IMG/VR virus record: IMGVR_UViG_3300042914_002376
Coordinates: 1 to 34,088 of that record
Length of the DNA: 34,088 nt
Source of the DNA: a virus
Taxonomy: Duplodnaviria > Caudoviricetes
Direction: 5' to 3' (one strand)
Shown here: positions 1 through 8,818 of the stretch, piece after piece
Layout of the letters: each line of letters starts with the position of its first letter
How positions within the stretch are numbered: the stretch's first letter is position 1
Notes under the pieces: model-generated
The model's database searches: none
What the model was told of the DNA's origin: nothing
What the model saw: the letters and a program-made list of their open reading frames with translations, nothing else
Translations under genes and position numbers: made by a program

Positions 1-17
1 CCTGCCCCCTTCCGCTG

Positions 18-512
18 ATGAACATCCAGAGACGCCCCATCGACTCGCTGACGCCCGACCCGGAGAACGCGCGAACTCACGACGCCGACAACCTCGCCGC
101 CATCGCTGCGAGCCTGAAGGCGTTCGGCCAGCAGAAGCCGATCGTCGTTGATACGCGCGGGGTCGTGCTCGCCGGAAACGGCACGCTCGCCGCGGCGCGC
201 TCGCTTGGGTGGACCGAGGTTGCCGTCGTCGAAACCGACCTCGAAGGCGCGGCCGCAGCGGCGTACGCGATCGCCGACAACCGCACCGGGGAACTCAGCC
301 AGTGGGACTACCAAGCGCTCGCGCTCGCGCTCGAGCAACTGCCCGCCGGGATGGCGCTGGCGACCGGGTTCGAGTCCGGGGCGGTGGAAAGCATTACCAC
401 GCTCGCCCAGCGCATCGAGTCCGAGGCGGCGAGCAAGAAGCCGAAGATCATCACCTGCCCGCAGTGCGGTGCTGAGATCAAGGAGAACACTGATGACGCC
501 GGAAACGATTGA
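18..512 (+). CDS. ParB/Srx-like N-terminal domain protein with C-terminal CxxC motif
   Basis: L.PDPENARTH, SLKAFGQQKPIVV, LAGNGTL.AA, AYAIADNRT.EL; C-terminal CPQCG. Confidence 0.85.
   Translation: MNIQRRPIDSLTPDPENARTHDADNLAAIAASLKAFGQQKPIVVDTRGVVLAGNGTLAAARSLGWTEVAVVETDLEGAAAAAYAIADNRTGELSQWDYQALALALEQLPAGMALATGFESGAVESITTLAQRIESEAASKKPKIITCPQCGAEIKENTDDAGND
385..400. repeat. Dispersed palindrome site 1, TGGAAAGCATTACCAC
   Basis: Fits consensus YGGMARNNRTTACCAC shared by five sites. Confidence 0.7.
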
Positions 513-996
513 CCCGCACGAGCTGCGCTTCTGCGAGACGAACGCTCGTGCGCACGGAGAGCGCAGCATCCGCGCCGTGATGAAAAGCCTCGAACTGTTC
601 GGGCAGCAGAAGCCGATCGTCGTCACGCAGGAGCTCGAGGTGATTGCGGGGCACGGCACGCTCGCGGCCGCCATGCGCCTGAAGATGCCCAAGGTGTGGA
701 TCGTGCGCTCGCACCTGACGGTCGATGACGCCGCCGCCTACGGCATCGCGGACAACCGCACCGCGGACCTCGCCAAATGGGACGAGGAAGTACTCCGCAC
801 GACGCTCGCTCGCATCGCGGCGGAAGACCCCGACCTGCTCGCCGGTTCGGGCTTCTCGAAGAAAGAGACCGAGGCGCTCCTGGCCGCGGCGGCGCAGGCA
901 CCGCTCGCGACGCTCGGCGAGGCGTACGACGAAGCGGTCGCGGACGACGTTGAATGGCGTTGCTGCAAGGAGTGCGGACACCGATGGCCGAAGTGA
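493..996 (+). CDS. Second ParB/Srx-like protein (paralogue of 18..512)
   Basis: ATG 493 after AGGAG (481-485); NARAH, FGQQKPIVV, IAGHGTL, YGIADNRT; C-terminal CKECGHRW. Confidence 0.85.
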   Translation: MTPETIDPHELRFCETNARAHGERSIRAVMKSLELFGQQKPIVVTQELEVIAGHGTLAAAMRLKMPKVWIVRSHLTVDDAAAYGIADNRTADLAKWDEEVLRTTLARIAAEDPDLLAGSGFSKKETEALLAAAAQAPLATLGEAYDEAVADDVEWRCCKECGHRWPK

Positions 997-1979
997 AGCC
1001 GTTTACCGTCGTGAGCACGTTCGCCGGGTGCGGCGGATCGTCGCTCGGCTACAAGCTCGCGGGCGGCAGCGTGCGCCTTGCCGTGGAATGGGACGACGGC
1101 GCGGCGAGCATTTACCGACGAAACCATCCGACGACCGACCTGTTCCACGGGGACATCGCGGCGCTTACGGTTGATGACGCGCTCGCGCGCATCGGCATGA
1201 AGCCGGGCGAGCTCGACATCTTCGACGGCTCGCCACCCTGCCAGGGGTTCAGCATGGCCGGCAGGCGAAACATCGAGGACCAGCGCAACCAGTTGTTCCG
1301 CGAGTACGTCCGCCTGCTGCGCGGCCTGCAGCCGCGGGCGTTCGTCATGGAGAACGTCGGCGGCATGGTCGTCGGCAAGATGCGCCTGATCTTCGCCGAG
1401 ATCCTCCGCGAGCTGAAGGCAAGCGGCTACCGCGTCGCTGCGCGCAAGTTGATCGCCTCCGACTACGGCGTGCCGCAGGCGCGGGTGCGGATGATCTTCA
1501 TCGGCGCGCGCGAAGACCTCGGCATCGACCCGACCCATCCGGCCCCGACGCACGCCCCGGTGTCCGCGCAGCAAGCGCTCGTCGGGCTCGAGCAAGACGA
1601 AGCCGAGGTCGCGCGCCTGCTCGAAATCGGCAAGTCGCGCAAGGCCTACAGCATGTGGCAGTTCATGCGCCCCGGACAGAACCTCACCAGGATCGGGCTG
1701 AAAAGCGGATTCAACACCGTCAAGGTCAACCCGATGCGCCCGTGCCCGACCATCACAAAGAGCACCGCCTACCTCGGGCTCGGTGGCCTGATGCACTGGG
1801 CAGAGCAGCGGCCGTTTACCGTCGCAGAGTTGAAGCGGTTCAGCACCTTCCCTGACGACTTCGACTTCGGCGACGACTACACGAACGCCGTCGAGCGCAT
1901 CGGCAACACGGTGCCGCCGCTGCTCATGAAAGCGGTGGCCGAGCACGTACGCACGACTATCCTCGAGGCAGCACGATGA
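984..1979 (+). CDS. DNA (cytosine-5) methyltransferase
   Basis: Motif I FAGCGG, IV GSPPCQGFS, VI ENV, VIII QARVR, X IGNTVPP; start at ATG 984 after AAGGAG. Confidence 0.95.
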   Translation: MAEVKPFTVVSTFAGCGGSSLGYKLAGGSVRLAVEWDDGAASIYRRNHPTTDLFHGDIAALTVDDALARIGMKPGELDIFDGSPPCQGFSMAGRRNIEDQRNQLFREYVRLLRGLQPRAFVMENVGGMVVGKMRLIFAEILRELKASGYRVAARKLIASDYGVPQARVRMIFIGAREDLGIDPTHPAPTHAPVSAQQALVGLEQDEAEVARLLEIGKSRKAYSMWQFMRPGQNLTRIGLKSGFNTVKVNPMRPCPTITKSTAYLGLGGLMHWAEQRPFTVAELKRFSTFPDDFDFGDDYTNAVERIGNTVPPLLMKAVAEHVRTTILEAAR

Positions 1980-2455
1980 GCGGACCTCCGCCCAAACCGA
2001 CCGCGATGCTCAAACTCTCCGGGAGTTGGCGCGCCCGCACGCGCAAGGGAGAGCCGACGCCGGCAGCAACCCGGCCGAAGAAGCCGACATGGTTGGACGA
2101 CGAAGGCGCCAAGGCATGGGACCAGTTGATCCCGATCCTCGAGCGGATGCGCGTGCTCACCGAGGCAGACGGGTTCGCGCTCGCGGTCCTCTGCGAGGCA
2201 TGGTCGCGCTACCGGCGGGCGACCGACATGCTGAACCAGTACGGCGACGTTTATCCCGTGAAGAACCCCGACGGCACGTTGAAGATGCTTCGACGCTCGC
2301 CGTACTCGGCGATGCAGATGGAACTCGCGTTGAACGTCCGGCGCATGCTGGCGGAGTTTGGGCTCACGCCCTCCGCACGCGGTCGCCTCATCGCACTCCC
2401 GGAGGCCAAGGACAATGGGAAAGCGTCGTACTTCTCGCGCAACGCGACCGCCTGA
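1976..2455 (+). CDS. terS: Terminase small subunit (P27-like)
   Basis: GPPPKPT..LKL.G N-terminus, P.WLD..G...W, D...L...C..W, LAEFGLTPSAR; lies before terL. Confidence 0.92.
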   Translation: MSGPPPKPTAMLKLSGSWRARTRKGEPTPAATRPKKPTWLDDEGAKAWDQLIPILERMRVLTEADGFALAVLCEAWSRYRRATDMLNQYGDVYPVKNPDGTLKMLRRSPYSAMQMELALNVRRMLAEFGLTPSARGRLIALPEAKDNGKASYFSRNATA

Positions 2456-4058
2456 CCCTTGGTCGCCCGAGGCGTTCAACAGCATTCCGGGCTTCGACGC
2501 CATCGCGACGCGCGGAGATTCAACATGGAATCCGGCGGCCGCGAAGCACGCGATCGGCTTCATCGAGGGCCTCTGCACGTTCGCGAAAGGAACGTGGGCG
2601 GGGCAGCCGTTCCGGCTCCTCCCATGGCAGCGCGGCGTGATCGGCAACCTGTACGGGTGGTCGCGCCCTGACGGCACGCGACGATTCCGCGAGTGCGGGA
2701 TCTGGATTCCTCGCAAGAACGGCAAGACCGAGCTCCTGGCGCCGCTCGGCCTGTATCACCTTCTCGCTGATGACGAGCCGACGCCCGAGGTCGTGTCGTT
2801 CGCCGCGGACCGTAAGCAGGCGAAGCTCGTTTTCGAGCGAGCGCGCACGATGATCCGCGCCGAGCCCGAACTCGAATCGCGCGTCGAGGTCTATCAGAAC
2901 CGAATCGTCGCGCCGTCGCTTGGCGGGGTGTGGGCAGCGATGAGCAGCGACGCGCCGACGGCGCACGGCCTGCACGTGTCATTCGCCATCGGCGACGAGA
3001 TCCACGCGATGGGAAACCGGCGCGAACTCTGGGAAGCGATCCAGACGTCGATGGGCGCACGCCTGTCGCCGCTTCTCGTGTCGATCACGACCGCCGGAAC
3101 CCTGCGCGAATCGCTTGAATGGGACCAGTACGACTACGCGTGCAAGGTGCGCGACGGCATCATCGAGAACCCGGCATACCTGCCCGTGGTCTACGAAGCG
3201 CCGGAGTCGATGGATTGGCGAACGCCGGAAGCATGGACAACGGCGAATCCGTCGCTTGGCACCTCGCTCCAGGAACGATGGATCGCCGAGGAATGCAAGC
3301 GAGCGCAGGAGCAGCCGTCGTACGAAACCCCCTTCCGGACGCTGCACCTGAATCAGCACGTGACCGCCGACATCCGATGGGTGCGCATGTCCGATTGGGA
3401 TGCGTGCCTGAACGCGGTCGAAGACGACCGCCTGACCGGACTGCCGTGCTACCTCGGCATCGACCTCGGCGAAGTGAGCGACCTCACGAGCCTGACGGCC
3501 GTGTGGCTCGACGGCGACGAAGCGCACGTGCGGTCGTGGTCGTACGCGCCCGAAGACGGCGCCGAGCGACGGCAGAAGCGGGATCGCGTCCCGTACTTGG
3601 ATTGGTCCCGGCAGGGGTGGCTGAAGTTGACTCCCGGAGACGCGACCGACTATGAGTTTCTCCGCGCCGAGATCAAGCGCATCGTCGAGCGGCACAAGGT
3701 CGTCGCCGTCGGCTACGACCCCAACAATGCCGGCGGCCTCGCGCAGCAGCTGCAGAACGACGGCCTGAATCTGAAGCGGGTGCCGCAGTCGTTTCTGCAC
3801 ATGAGCGGCCCGACCCGGCGATGGGAGGCGGCGATCGTCGGCCGCAAGATGCACCATGACGGCAACCCGGTGCTCACGTGGGCGATGAGCAACACGGTCG
3901 TCGAACTCGACTACAACAACAACCCGCGCCCGTCGAAGCGCCGTTCGGTCGAGAAGATCGACCCGGTCGTTGCGGGCATCATCGCCCTCGCGGTAGCGTT
4001 GGACGGCACCCCGCTGATACGCTCGCCCTACGAGGACCGCGGCATCCAATGGCTCTGA
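2415..4058 (+). CDS. terL: Terminase large subunit (HK97/cos-type family)
   Basis: L.PWQ, Walker A IPRKNGKT, Walker B IGDEIH, ITTAG, ANPSLG, nuclease GIDL and KIDP motifs. Confidence 0.97.
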   Translation: MGKRRTSRATRPPDPWSPEAFNSIPGFDAIATRGDSTWNPAAAKHAIGFIEGLCTFAKGTWAGQPFRLLPWQRGVIGNLYGWSRPDGTRRFRECGIWIPRKNGKTELLAPLGLYHLLADDEPTPEVVSFAADRKQAKLVFERARTMIRAEPELESRVEVYQNRIVAPSLGGVWAAMSSDAPTAHGLHVSFAIGDEIHAMGNRRELWEAIQTSMGARLSPLLVSITTAGTLRESLEWDQYDYACKVRDGIIENPAYLPVVYEAPESMDWRTPEAWTTANPSLGTSLQERWIAEECKRAQEQPSYETPFRTLHLNQHVTADIRWVRMSDWDACLNAVEDDRLTGLPCYLGIDLGEVSDLTSLTAVWLDGDEAHVRSWSYAPEDGAERRQKRDRVPYLDWSRQGWLKLTPGDATDYEFLRAEIKRIVERHKVVAVGYDPNNAGGLAQQLQNDGLNLKRVPQSFLHMSGPTRRWEAAIVGRKMHHDGNPVLTWAMSNTVVELDYNNNPRPSKRRSVEKIDPVVAGIIALAVALDGTPLIRSPYEDRGIQWL

Positions 4059-7000
4059 GAGATCTATTCCTGCGCCTGCTCGGATCGGAAGTCCGTCAAG
4101 ACTTCCAGGACAACACGCCCGTCGGCATGCCCGTGTCGTCGGGCATCCAGTCGTACGTAGTCAACTGGGCAGAGACCGGGCGATTCATCACGCCGGAGAT
4201 CGCGCGCTCGAGCCCGAGCGTGCATGCGTGCACGATGCTCATCAGTCAAAGCATCGCCCGCATGGAATGGAAAGTGTTCCTCGAGCGAGACGACGGCCAC
4301 CTGCAGCCGACGCCGTCGCACCCGTTGTATCGGCTGCTGAACACCGAGCCGAATCCGTTCATGGGCGCGCTCACGTGGCGACAGAGCATGCTGCTCGACT
4401 GCCTGTTGTACGGGAACGGATACTCGTACATCGAGCGAGATCCGACCGGGCGACCGATTCGCCTTGAGAAGCTTCGGCCCGACCTGATGACCGCGATGCG
4501 AGCGCCCGACAACTCGGTCGTGTACGCGTACGCGGCAGGGACGCCGGGGGCGCGCACGTTCCCGGCGTTCGACATCTTCCACCTCATCGGGCCGAGTGCG
4601 GACGGACTGTTGGGCGAGCCGCCGATCTACCTCGCGCGCCAGTTGATCGGCATCGAGATCGAGGCCGAATCGTTCGTCGCGTCGTTCTTCCAGAACGGGG
4701 CGCGACCTGCGGGCGTGCTCGAGGTGCAGGGAACGCTCTCGCCTGACGCATGGCAGCGACTGCGACAGTCGTGGCAAGACATGCAAGGCGGCGCGCGCAA
4801 CGCCGGCCGCATCGCCGTGCTCGAGGCCGGGTACCAGTTCAAGCCGATTACGATCAACCCCGACGACGCGCAGCTCATCGAGCTCCGGCGATACTGCCGC
4901 GAGCAGATCGCCGCGGCGTTCGGCGTGCCGCCGCACATGGTCGGCGACTCGACGAAGCAGTCGTATGCCTCGGCAGAGCAAGCCGACCTCGAGTTCACGA
5001 AGCACACGCTCGGCACATGGGCAAGCCGACTCGAAGAGGAGTGCACGCGCAAGCTCGTGCGCGCGGGCGACCGCATGCGCACCGCGATCAGCTTCGACGC
5101 GCTGACGCGCGGCGACATGGGTGGCCGCTTCTCCGCGTACGCGACCGCGTTGCAGCACGGGTTCCTGACGATCAACGAGGTACGCGCGCGCGAAGGTCTC
5201 GCGCCTGTCGAGGGCGGCGAATCGTTGCGCGTGCCCCTGCAACTCGGTCCGTTGCCGACGGCCAAGGACAAGACGCCGACGGCGGCAGAACAGCAAGCCG
5301 CCGGGGTCGGGCAACTGCAGGCGATGACCGCGCTCGCCCAAGCCGCGGCCTCGGGCGCCGTTCCTGCTGATGCAGCCAAGGGGTTGATCGCGGCCGCGTT
5401 CCCCGGTATGCCCGGCACCGCGGTCGCCGGGATCGTCGATCCCCTCGTGCAAGCCGCCGAGGAAGCCGCCAAAGCCGCCCCGCCGCCGGAACCGCCTCCG
5501 ACCCCCGCGACGCCTCCGGACGCCTCTGGGGGCGAACCTGCCCCGCCTGCGACCGGCGAACCCCCGACCGGCGGCGCAACGGTCGAGGGTCGAAGTGCGC
5601 GAGACTGCGGTACCGGAGCGGGAGGGTTTCAACCCGGCAACGCCTGCGGCAGCGGCGGAGACGGTGCAGGAGCAACCGCGACCGAAGACGATAGCAGCAG
5701 CATCCCTGATGCAAGCGACCTGAAGACCGTCGGACGCCTTGGCGGATCGACGGGCGCCGTCCTTGCCGAAGACGCCGACGGAAACCAGTACGTCGTGAAG
5801 GGAGGCAACAGCGCCGACCACATTCGCAGCGAAGCCGCGGCGAACGACCTGTATGCGGCCGCGGGCGTTCCTGTTCCGGCGCATCGCCTCGATGAATCGA
5901 ATCCCGATGCGCCGAGGCAAGTCACGCGATTCGTCGAAGGCAAGCCGATCGGCGACCTGCGCGGCGAGGCGTTTCAGGCCGCAGCGGCGAAACTCTCCGA
6001 GAACTTCGCCACCGACGCGCTGCTCGCGAACTGGGACGTAGTCGGCATGAGCGGCGACAACGTGCTCGTGACTAAGGACGGCACGCCGATGCGCGTGGAC
6101 AACGGCGGCGCGCTCGCATTCCGCGCGCAGGGTGGTCCGAAGGTGTTCGGCGACAAGGTCGGCGAGCTCGACTCGATGCGCACAAGCGACCAAGGGCGAC
6201 GCGTGTTCGGCAAGCTCACGAACGGACAGATCGCGTCGCAGATTCGCGATCTCGGTCGCCGTCGCGCGTCGATCCTGCGAGCAACACCCAAGGCGCTGCG
6301 CGGAACCATGAGCGCACGCCTGGACTACATGGAGCGATGGGCCAAGGAGAATGGCGCGCGCGCTGCCAACGACGCGATCGTGTTTGCCATCGACGACGAG
6401 CGCACGCTGCGAGACTGCGTTGCCGACAAGATCACGCTGCTGCTCGACGAGGGCTACGAGCACGATCAAGCCGTGGCGATTGCGCTCGACTATTGCAACG
6501 GGGAAGAACGCGACTGCGGCACGGGCGCAGGCGGGTTTCAGCCCGGCAACGAATGCGGCAAAGGCGAAGGCGGCGGCGGCGACAAGGACGGCGGCGGCAA
6601 AGACGGCGGCAGCAAAGCCAAGGGCGAATGGGTCGAGAAGAAGGGCAAGGAATACGCCGCGGCGGTGAAGACCGCGGGCGACGCGAAGCTGCACGCCTGC
6701 CTCGTCGCGAAGCACCAGGCCGACGGCCTCACGAAGAAGGAAGCAACGGCCGCAGCAAACCAGGAACTGCTGAGCAGCAGCGACGCCGCGAAGGGAATGG
6801 CCGCAGCGGAGTTCGGCATCGACATGTCCTCGGAAGTGAATCAGGTCGCCGTGAGCGAACTGAAGAACGACCCAGGCATCTACGCGAAGGAGAAGGCGAT
6901 GGCGGCGGGCTACATCACCGCCGCCGCGTCCGGCTCGCAGTCGAATGTCGCGCCCATCAAGGCAGAGCCGACCGCGCCGCCGCCGCAGCCAAAGATGGCG

Positions 7001-7705
7001 CCGACCGTCGCACCGCCGCCGAAGGACCCATCGAAGGAACCGGCGAATCAGCCGCCGAAGGACAAAGCAGGACCGAGCGCGACGCCGGGCACGCCTCCGA
7101 TCGGCATGCTGCCGACTCAGGCGCCGCCTGAATGGGAAGCGTCAACGCCCGAGCCCAAGGTAACTGACGCGCAGAAAAAGGTGATGGAATCCGTGCCGCT
7201 CGCGAGGGCGGCCATCGAGGCGTACTCCGGCTCGAGCTATCGCGAGCTGAACGACAAGTTGCGGCAGATGTCACCCGACTCGTCGCTCGGAGTGGTTCAC
7301 AACATGACATCGAAGCAGGCGGCCATGATCGGCGCCCTCGACGTACTGACGCGCATCGACCAGCGAGATCCGCCGCCTGCGACGGTGTTCCGCGGCGCAG
7401 GAGAGAAAGTCGCGCGCCAGCTCGACGCGCTCGGCGTAGGACAGACATGGACCGAGCGAGGCTTCATGAGCACGAGCACCGAACGCAACGTCGCCGACAA
7501 CTTTGGCAGCGGGAAGGGCGGCGTCGTGATGCGAATCAGTACGCGCCAAGGTGTGTCGATCAGAAACTACGGCGGCCTGTCGGGAGAGCGAGAGGTGCTC
7601 CTGCCTCGCGGCGCACGCTTCCGAATCAAGACCAAGGAATGGCGATACTCCCCGAGTCGCGGAGCGCGCCTGTACGTGGACCTCGAACACGTAGACACCA
7701 ACTGA
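4049..7705 (+). CDS. HK97-family portal fused to a Pro-rich linker, a PI3K/HipA-like kinase domain and a C-terminal ADP-ribosyltransferase (1218 aa)
   Basis: aa 1-400 portal (HPLYRLLNTEPN, LLYGNGY, FFQNGARP.G, IAAAFGVPPHMVG, TINEVRAREGL); kinase GGSTG/YVVK/E/NWD..N/DNG; ART VFRG/FMSTS/EREVLL. Confidence 0.9.
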   Translation: MALRDLFLRLLGSEVRQDFQDNTPVGMPVSSGIQSYVVNWAETGRFITPEIARSSPSVHACTMLISQSIARMEWKVFLERDDGHLQPTPSHPLYRLLNTEPNPFMGALTWRQSMLLDCLLYGNGYSYIERDPTGRPIRLEKLRPDLMTAMRAPDNSVVYAYAAGTPGARTFPAFDIFHLIGPSADGLLGEPPIYLARQLIGIEIEAESFVASFFQNGARPAGVLEVQGTLSPDAWQRLRQSWQDMQGGARNAGRIAVLEAGYQFKPITINPDDAQLIELRRYCREQIAAAFGVPPHMVGDSTKQSYASAEQADLEFTKHTLGTWASRLEEECTRKLVRAGDRMRTAISFDALTRGDMGGRFSAYATALQHGFLTINEVRAREGLAPVEGGESLRVPLQLGPLPTAKDKTPTAAEQQAAGVGQLQAMTALAQAAASGAVPADAAKGLIAAAFPGMPGTAVAGIVDPLVQAAEEAAKAAPPPEPPPTPATPPDASGGEPAPPATGEPPTGGATVEGRSARDCGTGAGGFQPGNACGSGGDGAGATATEDDSSSIPDASDLKTVGRLGGSTGAVLAEDADGNQYVVKGGNSADHIRSEAAANDLYAAAGVPVPAHRLDESNPDAPRQVTRFVEGKPIGDLRGEAFQAAAAKLSENFATDALLANWDVVGMSGDNVLVTKDGTPMRVDNGGALAFRAQGGPKVFGDKVGELDSMRTSDQGRRVFGKLTNGQIASQIRDLGRRRASILRATPKALRGTMSARLDYMERWAKENGARAANDAIVFAIDDERTLRDCVADKITLLLDEGYEHDQAVAIALDYCNGEERDCGTGAGGFQPGNECGKGEGGGGDKDGGGKDGGSKAKGEWVEKKGKEYAAAVKTAGDAKLHACLVAKHQADGLTKKEATAAANQELLSSSDAAKGMAAAEFGIDMSSEVNQVAVSELKNDPGIYAKEKAMAAGYITAAASGSQSNVAPIKAEPTAPPPQPKMAPTVAPPPKDPSKEPANQPPKDKAGPSATPGTPPIGMLPTQAPPEWEASTPEPKVTDAQKKVMESVPLARAAIEAYSGSSYRELNDKLRQMSPDSSLGVVHNMTSKQAAMIGALDVLTRIDQRDPPPATVFRGAGEKVARQLDALGVGQTWTERGFMSTSTERNVADNFGSGKGGVVMRISTRQGVSIRNYGGLSGEREVLLPRGARFRIKTKEWRYSPSRGARLYVDLEHVDTN
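5600..5650 (+). repeat. Intragenic repeat copy 1 encoding RDCGTGAGGFQPGNACG
   Basis: 16 of 17 aa identical to 6509-6559; lies just before the kinase domain. Confidence 0.9.
6509..6559 (+). repeat. Intragenic repeat copy 2 encoding RDCGTGAGGFQPGNECG
   Basis: Matches 5600-5650 with synonymous divergence; precedes the ART-bearing segment. Confidence 0.9.
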
Positions 7706-7905
7706 TGAACACGCCAGACCAAGAACGCGAAACGGATTGGGACATCGTCCCAGAGAACGCCTCAGACGCCGAAGAGGTGTTTCGTCGCAACCTCGCGAGC
7801 GATCTTGTGCTGCGCGACATCGCGCGACGCATCAGCGAAGGCGTTGATCCGGAGGAAGCCGTGAAGCAGGCGAAGGCGTTGGCAGAAGGGAAAGCCGATG
7901 AGTGA
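7705..7905 (+). CDS. Small acidic protein (66 aa), candidate immunity protein for the portal-borne effector
   Basis: TGATG overlap with the portal stop; MNTPDQERETDWDIVPENASDAEE...; function inferred from position only. Confidence 0.6.
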   Translation: MNTPDQERETDWDIVPENASDAEEVFRRNLASDLVLRDIARRISEGVDPEEAVKQAKALAEGKADE

Positions 7906-8785
7906 CGGACACAAGCCGACCGCGGGCATGCGCGAGGAAGCCGAGCGCGGCCTCGCGTGGCGGCGCGAGTTCAATCGCGGAGGCACGGCCGTCGGGGTCG
8001 CGCGCGCTCGCGACATCGCGAACGGCAAGAACCTGTCCGACGACACCGTTCGCCGGATGCACTCCTACTTTGCGCGGCACGAAGTCGACAAGAAGGGACA
8101 AGGATGGAGCCCCGGCGAAGACGGGTTCCCGTCCGCCGGTCGCATCGCGTGGGCGTTGTGGGGCGGCGATCCCGGGAAGTCCTTCGCGGAAACGATTACC
8201 ACTCGACTCAACAAGGAACAAGGACGAACCGACATGAGCACCATCGAAATCCGCACGCGAACCGGCACGCTCGAACACCGCTGCCCGGCCGGAGCCAGAG
8301 GCATCCTTCGCGGCTACGCATCGACCTTCGACGAGCCGTATGACATGGGACGATTCGACGAGGTGATCGCCCGCAGCGCCTTCGCCCGAACGCTGCGCGA
8401 GCAGCCAGACGTCGTAGCCCTCGTCAACCATGACAGCGCCAAGCCCATCGCCAGGACGACGAATGGGTCGCTGCGCCTGTTCGAGGATGAGCGCGGCCTC
8501 GGGGTCGAGATCGAGCCGATCGCCACGACCTACGCCGCCGACCTGATGGAAGCCGTCCGGGCCGGAGTCGTGAACGCGATGAGCTTCGGCTTCAACGTCA
8601 AATCGGACCGATTCGAGCAGCGAGGCGGCAAGGTGACGCGCATCATCGAAGACGTAGACCTGCACGAAGTGTCGGTCGTGTCGTTCCCGGCGAACCCGGC
8701 CACGAACATCAAGCTCGACGCACGAAGCTTCGAGCGATGGGTGGAATCCTCGCGGCGGCGCTTCTTCCTCATCCCGCAGGATTGA
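7898..8785 (+). CDS. HK97-type prohead protease with an extra N-terminal domain
   Basis: GYASTF, LVNHD, LRLFEDERGL, MSFGF, EVSVVSFPA in the C-terminal ~180 aa; ~110-aa N-terminal domain (GVARAR..., RIAWALWGG); possible internal start ATG 8234. Confidence 0.9.
   Translation: MSDGHKPTAGMREEAERGLAWRREFNRGGTAVGVARARDIANGKNLSDDTVRRMHSYFARHEVDKKGQGWSPGEDGFPSAGRIAWALWGGDPGKSFAETITTRLNKEQGRTDMSTIEIRTRTGTLEHRCPAGARGILRGYASTFDEPYDMGRFDEVIARSAFARTLREQPDVVALVNHDSAKPIARTTNGSLRLFEDERGLGVEIEPIATTYAADLMEAVRAGVVNAMSFGFNVKSDRFEQRGGKVTRIIEDVDLHEVSVVSFPANPATNIKLDARSFERWVESSRRRFFLIPQD
8187..8202. repeat. Dispersed palindrome site 2, CGGAAACGATTACCAC
   Basis: Same consensus. Confidence 0.7.
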
Positions 8786-8811
8786 CCTGCGCTCACCCCT
8801 CCCCATAGGCT
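8782..8811 (+). promoter_or_regulatory. Putative sigma70-like promoter for a leaderless 8819 transcript
   Basis: TTGACC-N18-TAGGCT, ATG 7 nt downstream, no Shine-Dalgarno. Confidence 0.4.
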
Positions 8812-8818
8812 GCTCACC

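Noticed and set aside
500-515. CGGAAACGATTGACCC as a sixth palindrome site
   Set aside because: Right half lacks the invariant TTACCAC; at best degenerate
984-1979. Restriction-modification system
   Set aside because: No cognate endonuclease is adjacent; the HNH is of the terminase-associated type
4064-6715. Long minus-strand ORFs (883 aa here; also 9538..12195, 14783..16807, 29275..31167)
   Set aside because: Antisense shadows of GC-rich, codon-biased plus-strand genes; no recognisable motifs or ribosome-binding sites
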